This document shows positions 49,904 to 60,797 of a DNA stretch of 64,000 nucleotides, piece after piece (positions within the stretch are counted from its first letter, which is position 1; every line of letters begins with the position of its first letter). The position numbers and the translations under genes were made by a program. Source of the DNA: Takakia lepidozioides (Eukaryota > Plantae > Bryophyta); NCBI GenBank assembly GCA_030704615.1, contig CM060734.1:24738001-24802000 (forward strand), in the 5' to 3' direction. The notes beneath the pieces were generated by a model, which was not told where the DNA came from, made no database searches, and was given only the letters and a program-made list of their open reading frames with translations.

Positions 49904-51344
49904 GTACGTAATTTGTGTTGGCCAGGAATTCTCACCCTACGAAAAATGCTTCAGGGTTTGAGGTCAGGGCCAAATCGTTGTAGTTTAGCTTTCACACAGA
50001 AGGGTGTCCCATGCAACAAGAAGGCTTTGGCTATGGTGAAAACAAAATCAGGTGCCTCTCGTTCTCGTTCTCGACCTCCAGATGCAATTGACAGAGCGCC
50101 GTTGGTCGAGCATTCCAATCAGATTAATGCATATTACAACGTCGTCAAAGGGCTTCATCGTTCCGATCAACCTGTCTGTATTGGTGCATTACCAGCTCCA
50201 GGGTCCGTTGTAGCATTTCAAGAATGCTGTTCACCTGCAACTATCGACGATATGCAAATCGATGATACTTGCTCTCAGGAATTGCAATCTTTTAAGGGAA
50301 TTGATTATACTAGTTGTTAAACATTCATTTCCTGTAATTTTGCATGGAGTTGCATGCATTTAACATGTTAGAGTTGCTCTTACTTGCAGTATCCAAATTT
50401 CCACATTGGTTTCGAGGATTTGGTTGAACCCGACAAGGATTCTGAAGCTTTTGTGGAGGCGAATAAGGTCTTCAGTGACACTGTGCTAATTCCAGATGAG
50501 GATTCGATGCATCTTGATGGTCTCAAGAGCGATGAGGGCAATGCTAACGACATATTTCTTCCGTTGACGAGGAAGAACTTAATGAAATGAATGCAGGTGG
50601 TCGCAATCGAAGCGCAGCTGCCGACAGATGGTTCAAGTTACGGTTTAAGAAGTGGCAAAAATTGCACAAATACCATGAGGACAGTGAACCAGAATATATG
50701 GCGCTCAATATTCTTGCCGATGCCATGGTGTCGTTCATACTTTCAGTTCGAAAACTGAATGGGGAGTTCTATCCTAGTGCCAGGTAATTGTAACATGTTG
50801 TGCTTATGGCTGACACTGAAATCCTCAAGAATCTGTAGTAGGTTTTTGGCCAAGTTTTTTAATTATCTTTTGTTCTTATTCAATTGTTTTTGGCTTGCAG
50901 CCTTGCTCAGATATTTCGAGCGTGTGGGAGGCTTATTCGCAAAAAACAGATACGGATGATCTGCGCAACGTGTGTTGATGAAGTACCAATTCTTATCCAG
51001 ACCCATGGATTTTTTGAGCGAGCTCGGGTAGTGCTTGTCAAATCGATGGATCGCTCAATACAAGCTAGAGCAAACAAGAAGCGTGTTAAGTCTAACCCTG
51101 TTTTATGGAAATATGAGGCTGATTGTCTCAGGGATGAAGGTCACTCTATCAATCACCCTAGCGGTGTCCAGAAGCGATTTTGCTACTACTTTCTTTCTCG
51201 ATTCATGGTTCGCGGATACACAGAACTGTACAAACTCCTTGACAGTGATTTCTCATCTAGAGATGATGAGTTATCTATGTTTGGTGAGTTTTTAATGCAC
51301 TTTCGTAGAATTTCAGAAAATTTACGTTATGTTTGTACCAAGTA

Positions 51345-52985
51345 TTATTTTTGTCTTGGTGCAATATCAAGCAGTGATTTCTGGCAAGCTGGAGACCATC
51401 GATATTCGGCATCTTGCTTCAGCAGTCTATAGACTGGTGCCGCTCTGTGAGCATATTTGTCCATGTACCTTCTGTAATAGCTCGTCTGTCCCAGAAATCT
51501 CTTGAGTTTCTTGGGATTTTCTGGTGGTGGTATTTTCTGGATAACCTCCACTTTCTTTGGATCTACCAGAATTCCTTGTCGGCACACAATGTGTCCCAAT
51601 AATAATCCTGAATTCACACAGAATGTACATTTTTCCGGGTTGAGACTTATTCCATTGTTTCTGCAGGCTTGTAGGCAAAGTTTTAACTGTGCCAAATGTT
51701 TGGATTTCTGTCCAAAGACACTGAAATCATCCAAAAATACCTGCATAAAATCATTGAGATAGTTCTTGAATATCTCAGATACTGCTCGTTGAAATGTGGT
51801 TGGTGCATTGCAAAGTCCAAATGGCATGACTTTGTAAGCATATGCTCCCCATTCAGTGATGAATACGGTCTTTTCTTGGTCTTCTTATGCCATCTGTACC
51901 TGGTTGTACCCACTAAACCCATCCATGAATGAGTACATTTCATGTCCAGCCACTGTGTCCAACACTATTTCAGTGAAAGGTAGTGGAAAAGGGTCTTTCT
52001 TGGTTCCTGCGTTTAACTTGCGGTAGTCCACACACACTCGTAGTTTTCCATTTTTCTTGGGTACTATCACAATGGGCGATAACCATTTTGGTGTCTCTAC
52101 TGGGTATATGAATCCTGCATCCAGTAACTTCTTGATTTCTTCCCAAACTTTAGCTGCATAGTTGGGGTTCATTCTGTAACGGTTCTGACGAATTGGTTTT
52201 ATGTCAACTTCCAATTCAATTCGGTGCTGACAGATGTTAGAAGGTATACCCTTCAAATCCTTGTAGTTCCAGGCAAATACATCCTTGTATTCAGTGAATA
52301 ATGCGGTGGCTTCTTGTAGAAATGATTCTTCAAGACCTGCACTTACTCGTATTATCTCTGGTTCTTCCACTGTTCCCAGATTCACTTGAATCAATTGAGT
52401 TTCTTCCGTTACTGTCCATCCTGCAATCTCTTGTCCGATGGTTGCAATTGTGGCAGGTACTTCACTGATTTGAATGTCTTCTTCCCTTTCTTGATAGAAC
52501 CGGGCCGGGTGTTGAGGTGTGTCCATCGCTTCTTCCTCTGGATCTTCAATTCTCGAAGTATTTGGTTCTCCTTGGGTGTTCACCATGTGACATCCTACTG
52601 TTGTAGTATGCTTAATCACCAGTTGTCCAATAGGTTCCAACTGTGGATGTGCTGTGTATACTGTGGCTTTTTCTTCATCCGACAGTCCACTGGACCAATC
52701 ATATTCTTCCACTATGCAAGGTCGTTTCTCTCGTGGAATGGTACCTCGTTGGTTCGTCGTAATGGTGACTTGTTCTGCTCCCTTTTTTATTGTGAGAGTC
52801 TGACTTCCCCAATCGTGGTGTGATTGGGCTTGTGTTAACCATGGTCGGCCAAATAGTAGTGAATATCCCTCTGCCACATCCTCCATTCTGAGAATGGTTA
52901 CTGATATTTCGTATACCAGTCCTGCTACTTCCATTGCAAGTCGTATGATGATCCCTAATGGCTGCACTTTTCGTTGATCAGCCAT
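51345..52985 (-). pseudogene. Gypsy pol (protease end and RT), truncated before RNase H/integrase
   Basis: LLFGRPWL, WLSPIVIVPKKNGKLRVCVDYRKLN, FMDGFSGYNQ, MPFGLCNAPTTFQR, VFLDDF; in-frame stop at 51885. Confidence 0.9.
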
Positions 52986-55250
52986 TCATACCGTGAATGG
53001 AGCAGGTTCCATGTGCCCCAATCCTAATGACTTCTTCATCTTTTCTGTCATGATATTCACTCCTGATCCTCCATCGATGAGTACATTTGTTACCATCTTC
53101 CGTCTAATACGTACTTGTATTACGGGTACTGCTTCGTCGTAATCTGGAGTTTGTCGTATAGTTGTGGGTTTAATCGTGTAAACCTCTGGTGTTGGTTTTT
53201 GTTTTGGTGTGGGGGTCAATGCCTCGATCGCCTGAAATAAAGTTTTCTTGCACTGTGGAGCAATTTTTAATAATTGTCCAATGGTAATTTGGGTGTTGGT
53301 TTGGCAGATTACTTCGGCCAATTCTATTTTCGTGGTTGTATTCATGGTCTTCACCGTTGGTCTGATTTGCTTATCTGGAGTTGGCTCTCCAGAAGGTATA
53401 TGGGTTCCCTCTTGCATTTGAGCTATGGTTTTACTTACTTCCTGGTGTAAGCTTTTTTCCTCCTGCCATGCTGCACTTTCTGGATATTGTTTCCGTTCTT
53501 CTTCAATCTCCTTATCTGGAGGTTTCTGATTCTTGGCCTGAGTTCGGATTACTATAAGAGTATCCACTACAGGGGTTACCACACTTACAACTACACTTGG
53601 TCCGACTTCCATATTTCCCACTTTTGCCTCATGCTTGATTCGCAACTGGCATTCATGTTTCCAGTGTCCCTCTTTCTTGCAATAGTGGCATCTCGTGCTT
53701 TCTTTGTTTCTGGGTTGATGTTCCCTATCCCTTGGTGGATATTCATTTCGTGGCCTCTGATAACGATTACCCATGTTGTATCGTCTTGGTTCGTCCGATC
53801 CTCCCCGTCGGATTTGGACTTGGTGTACTCCCACCTCTCGTGTGTACCCAATCTTCTTGGCCCGTTGGTTATAAATGCAATGGCTGGTATTATGATTGTT
53901 CATATGACAAATATCACAGTATTTGTCCTTCACATGGCATTCCGTTGCCAGGTGTCCTGCAGTCCCGCATTTGTGACACCATGTTGCCTTTCGTGGCCCT
54001 TCATCTTTAGAATTCTTGATAGCCTCTGCTATCTTCTGATCCAAGGTGGTTTTGTCAATCACTTCTTTCTTCTTTTGCTTGGGCTTTTCTTCATCATCAG
54101 AGTCTTCTTCTTCCAAGAGATCCTTGGAATCTTTGCTTCTACTCTGATGGAATCCCAATTCCAACTTCTTTGCAGTCCCTACTGCTTCAGCCAAAGTGTT
54201 GTTAGGCATGACTGTAACCATGGTTACGTATTCAGGACGAAGTCCATTGGTGAACCATGATTTTTGCAAATCATCCCCTGGTGCTTGAGGTAGTTTCCTG
54301 ATCAGAGTCTTCATTCTCTCCAGATAGTCGACTACCAATTCTTTCTTTTTCTGTCTTAGGTTCTGTAATCTTGTGAAGATTGCAGACGTGGATTTGTTGG
54401 ATCTATATCTTTCTTGAAACACGGCTCTCATATCCGCCCAATTCGCAAAGTGATTGGCTGGGAAAGTTGCCAACCATTCAATGTCTTTTCGGGCCATTGA
54501 ACAAGGAAATAGTCGGATCTTCTCTTGGTCTGTTGCTTCATTGTAAATGGTGCACATGTTTTCAAATTGATTAAGATGGATATCTGGATCAGATTTCCCA
54601 TCATATAAAGGAAATGGTGGTCTGGTTTTGCTTGCTGCTAAAGCCATCGGTGCAGCTGGTGCTGCTGGTGCAACTGGTTGTCCAAACTGGGATGGTCCCG
54701 CTGCTGCTGGCTGTGGTGGTGTTGGTGTTTGTCTTCCAAACAGTGATTCAAAGCTAGGAGGTCTTTGTCCCAATGATAGTCGTCTCCCAGCTGTTGTCCC
54801 TATTAAGCTTAATGAATCTTTAAAAGCTTTGAGTGCAGTTCTAGTTATCATTTCTGGAGAAATGCTTTCACTTCTTTCACCTTCTTCACTCAAAATGTTC
54901 TCAAATCTTTCTTCTAATATTTCAGCAAAACCTCTATTTGGGCTTGTTACTGTAGAAGGTCCTTCAGATCTTTCTTGTGGTAACCATTCACCAAGTACAT
55001 TACTGGCAACTTCTTCTGGTGTAGTGTTCCCACTTCCCACCAATCCGATTTCCTGATCTTCTGGTTTATCACTGTTTGATGTCTCACCTTGAATAATTTT
55101 CAAGTTCTGTAATTCTGGGAACTCTTCTCTTAACCGAGCCTCCCTTTCTGCAGCATATTTCTCTATTCGTTCAACTCTGTCTTGTTTAGTTTTTTCTTTA
55201 ATTTCCTCATTCATTCCCACATCATATGTAGAATTCCTTTTCAGTACCAT
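52986..55250 (-). CDS. Gypsy Gag-protease ORF (754 aa)
   Basis: YDGKSDPDIHL capsid-like region, knuckles CHKCGTAGHLATEC, CDICHMNNHNTSHC, CHYCKKEGHWKHEC, and protease VLIDGGSGVNI; TGA is in frame with pol. Confidence 0.9.
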   Translation of the reverse strand: MVLKRNSTYDVGMNEEIKEKTKQDRVERIEKYAAEREARLREEFPELQNLKIIQGETSNSDKPEDQEIGLVGSGNTTPEEVASNVLGEWLPQERSEGPSTVTSPNRGFAEILEERFENILSEEGERSESISPEMITRTALKAFKDSLSLIGTTAGRRLSLGQRPPSFESLFGRQTPTPPQPAAAGPSQFGQPVAPAAPAAPMALAASKTRPPFPLYDGKSDPDIHLNQFENMCTIYNEATDQEKIRLFPCSMARKDIEWLATFPANHFANWADMRAVFQERYRSNKSTSAIFTRLQNLRQKKKELVVDYLERMKTLIRKLPQAPGDDLQKSWFTNGLRPEYVTMVTVMPNNTLAEAVGTAKKLELGFHQSRSKDSKDLLEEEDSDDEEKPKQKKKEVIDKTTLDQKIAEAIKNSKDEGPRKATWCHKCGTAGHLATECHVKDKYCDICHMNNHNTSHCIYNQRAKKIGYTREVGVHQVQIRRGGSDEPRRYNMGNRYQRPRNEYPPRDREHQPRNKESTRCHYCKKEGHWKHECQLRIKHEAKVGNMEVGPSVVVSVVTPVVDTLIVIRTQAKNQKPPDKEIEEERKQYPESAAWQEEKSLHQEVSKTIAQMQEGTHIPSGEPTPDKQIRPTVKTMNTTTKIELAEVICQTNTQITIGQLLKIAPQCKKTLFQAIEALTPTPKQKPTPEVYTIKPTTIRQTPDYDEAVPVIQVRIRRKMVTNVLIDGGSGVNIMTEKMKKSLGLGHMEPAPFTV

Positions 55251-55830
55251 TTAAAACAGTCTTGGTATGTCTGTAAAGAAAATTTATAGTGTCTCTACCC
55301 TTTCTTCAAGACTCATCCTATCTTGCAAGAATCTGTATTACAACTTAATTTTCCTTTTTATTGATTGATCATCAAACTTTTTAATGGGCACAATAATACC
55401 ATCTGTCTTTTTCAGTGTATTTGACTTGCAATAAGTCTTTGGGTATCCAGTACTCCACTGCTTCTATGATCGTGTGACAATATTCATAATTTGAACATCA
55501 TTCTCTGAAAATATAACTAGTGTAACAAACTTTTCTGATTGGGATTAGAGTAATCAATAGAGCTAGACGAGACAACCACTCTTCACTTCTAATCCTACAT
55601 TCACAAGGTGCTCGTGTAATACTGATCACTCATCCCTTCAATCCCCATTTGTCATCTTGTTTCACGACTGATAGAAAGATTTTTTGCTGTATTGCTCTTG
55701 GTAAACCATGAAAATTTTCCAGGAATGTTTTCCATTCCTTTGCTTCTGTTGACTCGTTCTGTCGTGATTTCAAGAAATCACTGAGTAACCATCCTTCTTT
55801 GAGTACTTTTGAACTCAACATACCGTTAGT

Positions 55831-55847
55831 CCCCAGTATGGTCGCCA
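55831..55847 (-). promoter_or_regulatory. Primer-binding site
   Basis: TGGCGACCATACTGGGG begins 2 nt after the LTR end (...TTAACA). Confidence 0.75.
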
Positions 55848-55849
55848 AA

Positions 55850-56699
55850 TGTTAACCACTGGTTTATGACTTAGACAAAACAGGCTATTAACACTATTGC
55901 CCATTTCCTAAGACATGCAACAGAGGTTGTCCGACGGTATGCTTTCAGAAACGATTACGAAGTAATCATTTTAAGGATAGCTAAACCATGAACGTCGGAT
56001 GAAGCCATATCCTTGCAGACTACTTAATCCTATTGATTAAGACCAATCTACAGTCTCTTAAGCATAAAAGATCTTAGTTGAAAGGACTGAAACCTCTTGG
56101 TTCATACAAGCAGATGGTAGTCAAGAGAAAACAAAAACTATTCTGAGATGATACACATTCTCACCATCTCACGTTCACTCTACACAGAGATACTTCGAAT
56201 AGCATGGCTTTACTTCATAGCTCGTCACATCATCACAGAAGTACACAGAATCACTCTGAGTCCCTCTAAATACACATTGATCACTGATACTCATACTGCA
56301 CACCCTCTAAGTTGCGTGCAGTTTTTTTATACTATGCTCGAAAGAGTCGTTACAGCCTGCGGTCGTTAATGACCGTTTGCCTAACTACCTACGCAACCTA
56401 AAAGGTTTGCTAAAAAGTGGCTCGTTGTAGTGGTCGTGAGCCATAGTGGTAAACGGTCCACTACTTCCTCTATTGGTTAAAGCCGATGCTATCGTGACCG
56501 TGTGATATCGTGGTTCACGGCTCACGGTTACTACACTACCCCTTACTGCTCTCGTGGTAATGTACCCTTATCCCGCCATTGGCTAAGTACCGCGTACTTA
56601 GCCGTCTCTGCCTGTGGCTCAGGTAGTGTACGTCCATCACTACCCAGTATGTCCCGTTGCGACCCTCGTTGTCTGTCCCTCGTAGCATAGCCGTTATCA
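55850..56699 (-). repeat. Single LTR (~850 bp)
   Basis: TGATAAC...GTTAACA termini (TG...CA with short inverted ends), with a PPT on one side and a PBS on the other. Confidence 0.8.
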
Positions 56700-56702
56700 T
56701 TT

Positions 56703-56719
56703 ACTCTCCCCCCTCTTTT
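56703..56719 (-). promoter_or_regulatory. Polypurine tract
   Basis: AAAAGAGGGGGGAGAGT immediately precedes the LTR 5' TG. Confidence 0.8.
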
Positions 56720-56889
56720 GAAATTGTGTCCGCACAATTTCGACAGTTCCTGTACTTGCTATATCTCTTGGGGATGTAAGGTGGTGGCATGCCTGTCTGC
56801 GAGGTAGGAAGTGCGTCCCAGGATTGTTGTGGTGGCAGCTTCTTGTTCCTGTTATCGTCACTGTCTGGTTGTTCCTGTGGTTCGTGAGC

Positions 56890-58782
56890 CTAGCTTTCTT
56901 CATCAGGGTGTTCTGCTATCCCGTCCCCACGTACCATATCGACTTTGTTGGTCAAGTTTTCGCGGTAGGTTTGCAGCTCCTCCTTGGTCCAGGGTATAAT
57001 GTGTTTTGTTGCCCTGCTGCCCATTAACCAGTTAATAGCTTGGACCCCTGTTTCTTTGAAAGGGTGGTCTCTGTCCAATACCAATGGTGAAAAGTGGTCC
57101 TTTGCCTGGCGCCATGCTTCAGCATAAAGTGACCTTTTCATATATGCTGAAGTGCCTGTGACTCTCTCTGGTGGCTGGAATTTGGGTAATTCCCAGTGAG
57201 TATCTTTTTCAATGCTCTCATAGCGCTGCCAGTTTCCCCTCATTGTCACGAACATGCGGTACACGTAACAACCAATATAAAAACTTGGGCATCCCATCAC
57301 AATGGTTACTGCCGAGGTAGGATTAATCTTCAATTGCCCCACTGCCCACATGTCAGCTACCAGCTCCTTGTATTCCAGAGGAGCTTGGCGCCAGAATTCA
57401 ACCAATTATGCCCCTGACCATGTCTTATCCTTAGCCAGTGGTCTCATCCTATATCTCAGAGGAATAAGAGTTTGATTGAGAAGATGCAATTGACCCAATG
57501 ATTTGCAGGGAGTTAAGGTTTTGAAAACCTTCTCCAGTATTTCTGGGATTTGGTGGGCTGGTACTACCATCATTTTAAAGTATTCCTCTGAACACTTTAA
57601 CCACTCCTCATCCTGCTTGCATGGCATGATTTGGAAATCATCCACTGCTACTGAAGTTGATGCTACCAGGACACTTGGTAGTGTTACAGGGTTTACCTCT
57701 TGAGTAGATGGCCCTGCTGTGGCCTGTACCAGTGTCTGTTGGTTTGGTGGTGGTTGTGTTGCTGGTGGTGTTTGTGTTGGTGTTGTTGTCTCTCGTTCGT
57801 GATCTTGCTCCTCTTGATCCTCTTCATCCATGAGTTCCTCTTGTTCTGGAATTGATGGCAAGAACTCCTTATGAATGTCTGTCACCAATTTCGCCAACTG
57901 GCACTTCATTTGCCTCACCATTGCCCTGTTGAGTTTCTTCATCTCCAATTCACTCCCTTCATTCAACCAGGCTCTGGCTAAGGCTACGTCTGCTACATCC
58001 AACCCTGCTTGCAATGTCAGCTTCTCCAGCTGCTGCTTCAATTCTTGTTCATTGCCCATGGCAATGTCTCTTTCTGTGGTGGCGGTAAACAGCTTGCTCT
58101 CAGCATTCTCCCTTTGCTTCAGCAGTGCAGTGTTGCTGTTGAGCCACTTGGTTCCCTGATCTCTGGCAGTCCTCAGCTGCCCCTTGAGTGTCTCCACCTG
58201 CTGCTTTAATGTTTGCACCTACCCTGTGAGTGTTTCCACCCCTGTCTCTGTTTTCCGAGATCTCTCTCGCTCTGCATCGAGGTCGGCTTGGACATGGCGT
58301 GTTTCGTCTCTCTGTCTTTCCCACTTTTGCTCCCACTCATCTCTACGTTGTGCCAATGTGTTGTATTGGCGGAGTAAGGTTGACTTTTGATCTTCTAATG
58401 CTGCAATTGTAACCTCATGGTTACATACTGTTCTTGCAGTGGCCAATTCCCTCTGGTGCTTCTCTTTGATGTGGTCTAAGATCATGTTCAGGTTTTCCGG
58501 GCTGATGTAATCATTGGCCATGTCCATACGTTTCAGTTGCCCCAATGCTTGTATTGCTTGCAGAATGACATTTTGTGGTGCTTCCTCCAACCCTGTGTCC
58601 CATGCTGTTGTATCTAAAATTTGTTGTGCTAGTAGTAATTCCAAATTGGAATTTTTGTCTTGCTGCTGCTGACTCGGTGCCTCTTGCACCATCTGCTGTT
58701 GCTGCTGCTCGGGTGTCTGTTGTACTATCTGCTGTTGCTGCTGGTCGGGTGCTTGTTGCACCATCTGCTGTTGCTGCGCCAC
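56890..58782 (-). pseudogene. Additional retrotransposon 3' ORF (Gln-rich repeats plus coiled coil), broken by two in-frame stops
   Basis: ORFs 58219-58782, 57406-58218 and 56890-57405 abut in one frame (~630 codons); 36-bp repeats encode QQQQQMVQQAP. Confidence 0.7.
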
Positions 58783-60797
58783 TATGTCTCCTTCATGGTT
58801 TCTGATTCTTGATTAATATGTCATCTTCATTGATCATGCAGATACTCAGAGCGTGATTCAAAAAGATATAAAGCATCCATGTCAAAGTATCAGGAAGAAC
58901 ACTTCCGAGCTCCTGTTACTTGTTATGAGGCTGATGTGGTGGCCACTTACAAACAATTAATACGACATATGCCCCCGAAAGAAGATCCTACAATCGGATG
59001 ACACCTATTCTTGCAGCCGATTCGAGGCAATCCCCAAACCAATGTAAGTATTATAGAGCTTCCCATCATAGTTAAAATTAAGGTATGATAAACATTGCAT
59101 TAACGTAGCGTGTTGCCCTCACCCTCATAGTGGAGTTAGTTAATATCCGATCGTTGTGTTTTGGATTTGCAGGCCTGGTTCAACAGAAATAACATTGGAG
59201 TGAAGGTTCTTACGGCTTGGACCAAGAATATGTTGGCTCTTGTTGGATCGAACGGTGTCTACACTAATAAAAGTCCAAGGTATGCAACAATTCAACGAAT
59301 GATTCAAGCGGGAGTGCCAACTCAGGTGGGCATGTCTATCTCTGGACACAAGAATGAAAATTCTTATCGATGGTACGACCAGTCTTTGGAGGTACAGAAA
59401 ATGGCAGCAATGCAAATCATTGCGGAACCCTTCAAGGATGACAAACGCCGTAAGTTCGAAGAAGTGTTTCAGGAACTAGATGCTAGGGGTATCCATAATG
59501 AGCTAAGAGATCATGATAAGCTTCCTATCAGCTTACAGAAGTCTGAAGATCAGCCAAGTGGATCGGCCAATGTTAGCCACACAGAAGTAAATCAGGCGGT
59601 CACCAACGAAGTCAATCAGACTGAAGGTAGTCAAACCATTGCCACCATGAACGACGATCTTGCTGATATTGTGGATTTTGACTGTATGATGATGAAAAAA
59701 TGGCCAGAAGGTGGGGCACATCTTGGTTGTCGGATTGAGAACTCCAGATTTGAAAGTACCAAAATCGGTACATCATTCAATAATTGTCATAATTGCACCT
59801 TCAATATCTCGTTGGATGTGAACAGTCTGCAGGAATTTTATCCAAGCAGAAGTGATTCAGATTTTACACGGGCCAAGAGCTATGTAGATATGGCAAATAG
59901 ACTTGCTGATAGAAGACAAGTTGTGCTGATAGAAGTACTTGCAACAGATCACAAATGTGAGGACTACTTGTAATGATCGAAGGTTGCTCTAAACATTATA
60001 TTGTGCTAACTTTCTCTAAGAGCAGTGAACTGGAGTGCACATGTGCTATTTTGAGCATTCAATGAAGTATCATTTCCATGCTATAAGATGTGTACAACCA
60101 TAATCACATTAGTTAGAGGTGTCGAAATCAGTCCTAGTAAGTGGTGGCATGACATAAACTACCAGAACTGAAAAAGTCGTCAAAAGGTGGCCACCAGATT
60201 ATGACGGTAGATTATGGCATATAATCTGACGCCGAAAAGGCCAGAATTTCGAGCCAAAGCAAATCACGTGATGGGTGATATATCAAGAATCTCAGCCATT
60301 GCACTTGCAAGTGTCTGTATCGGTTTACACTAGACATAGGATAGGAGTTTAATGCGCGCGTCTGAGGCTTGCCGTTACGATCCCCGGAGCTAACCGGAGG
60401 ACCCCGTGGGCCGGCGGTCAAATCCCCACCCCTGCTTCCCTCGTGTATGCTTCACGCCCATTTGGGGTCCCACGCTCCATGTTCCCGCCCCGCCGCTCCC
60501 CTGTTCCCGCTCCTCCGCTCCTTTGTTATTGGAGCGGCGAAGCTGTAAAACAGGGGAGCAATATCACAAGGGAGCCGAGAGTAGTAATAGGGGAGCGGTA
60601 ACAGGGGAGCGGCGGAGCAATAACACAGGGGAGCAAGGAGAACAGGGAAAGTAGACCAGTCATGGTTAACTGAAAGAATCAGCTGCTGATTACAGACCAA
60701 AAACAATCCGCTAAGGCATAAACCTAAGAACCAAGTTCTACCATCTATGCCAACAACCCGAAGAGCTGTTTGGAATGCGCCAGCGCACACTTCCACT

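Larger units (their letters stand above)
51345..58815 (-). mobile_element. Ty3/Gypsy segment in permuted order: extra ORF - PPT - LTR - PBS - gag - PR - RT (truncated)
   Basis: See the component features; no integrase and no LTR at either junction. Confidence 0.85.
50033..59973 (+). mobile_element. Crypton/DUF3504-like tyrosine recombinase gene, spliced, decayed, interrupted by a Gypsy segment
   Basis: Exons ~50033-50278, 50390-50783, 50901-~51297, 58842-59043, 59173-59973. Motifs: FILSVRKLNGEFYPSASL, HPSGVQKR..FMVRGYTEL, YSERDSK, HLFLQP, WFNRNNIG, YTNKSPR, SISGHKNENSYRWY. One frameshift (~50550) and TGA at 58999. Confidence 0.8.

Noticed and set aside
52986-52988. Programmed gag-pol stop read-through
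   Set aside because: The TGA lies inside the protease domain and other nonsense mutations occur nearby; a CGA-to-TGA mutation is simpler.
58919-58935. 17-bp match (CTTGTTATGAGGCTGAT) between a recombinase exon and the 3.2-kb repeat (~16220 and ~25497, minus strand)
   Set aside because: Similarity does not extend on either side, and one such match is plausible by chance in 64 kb.
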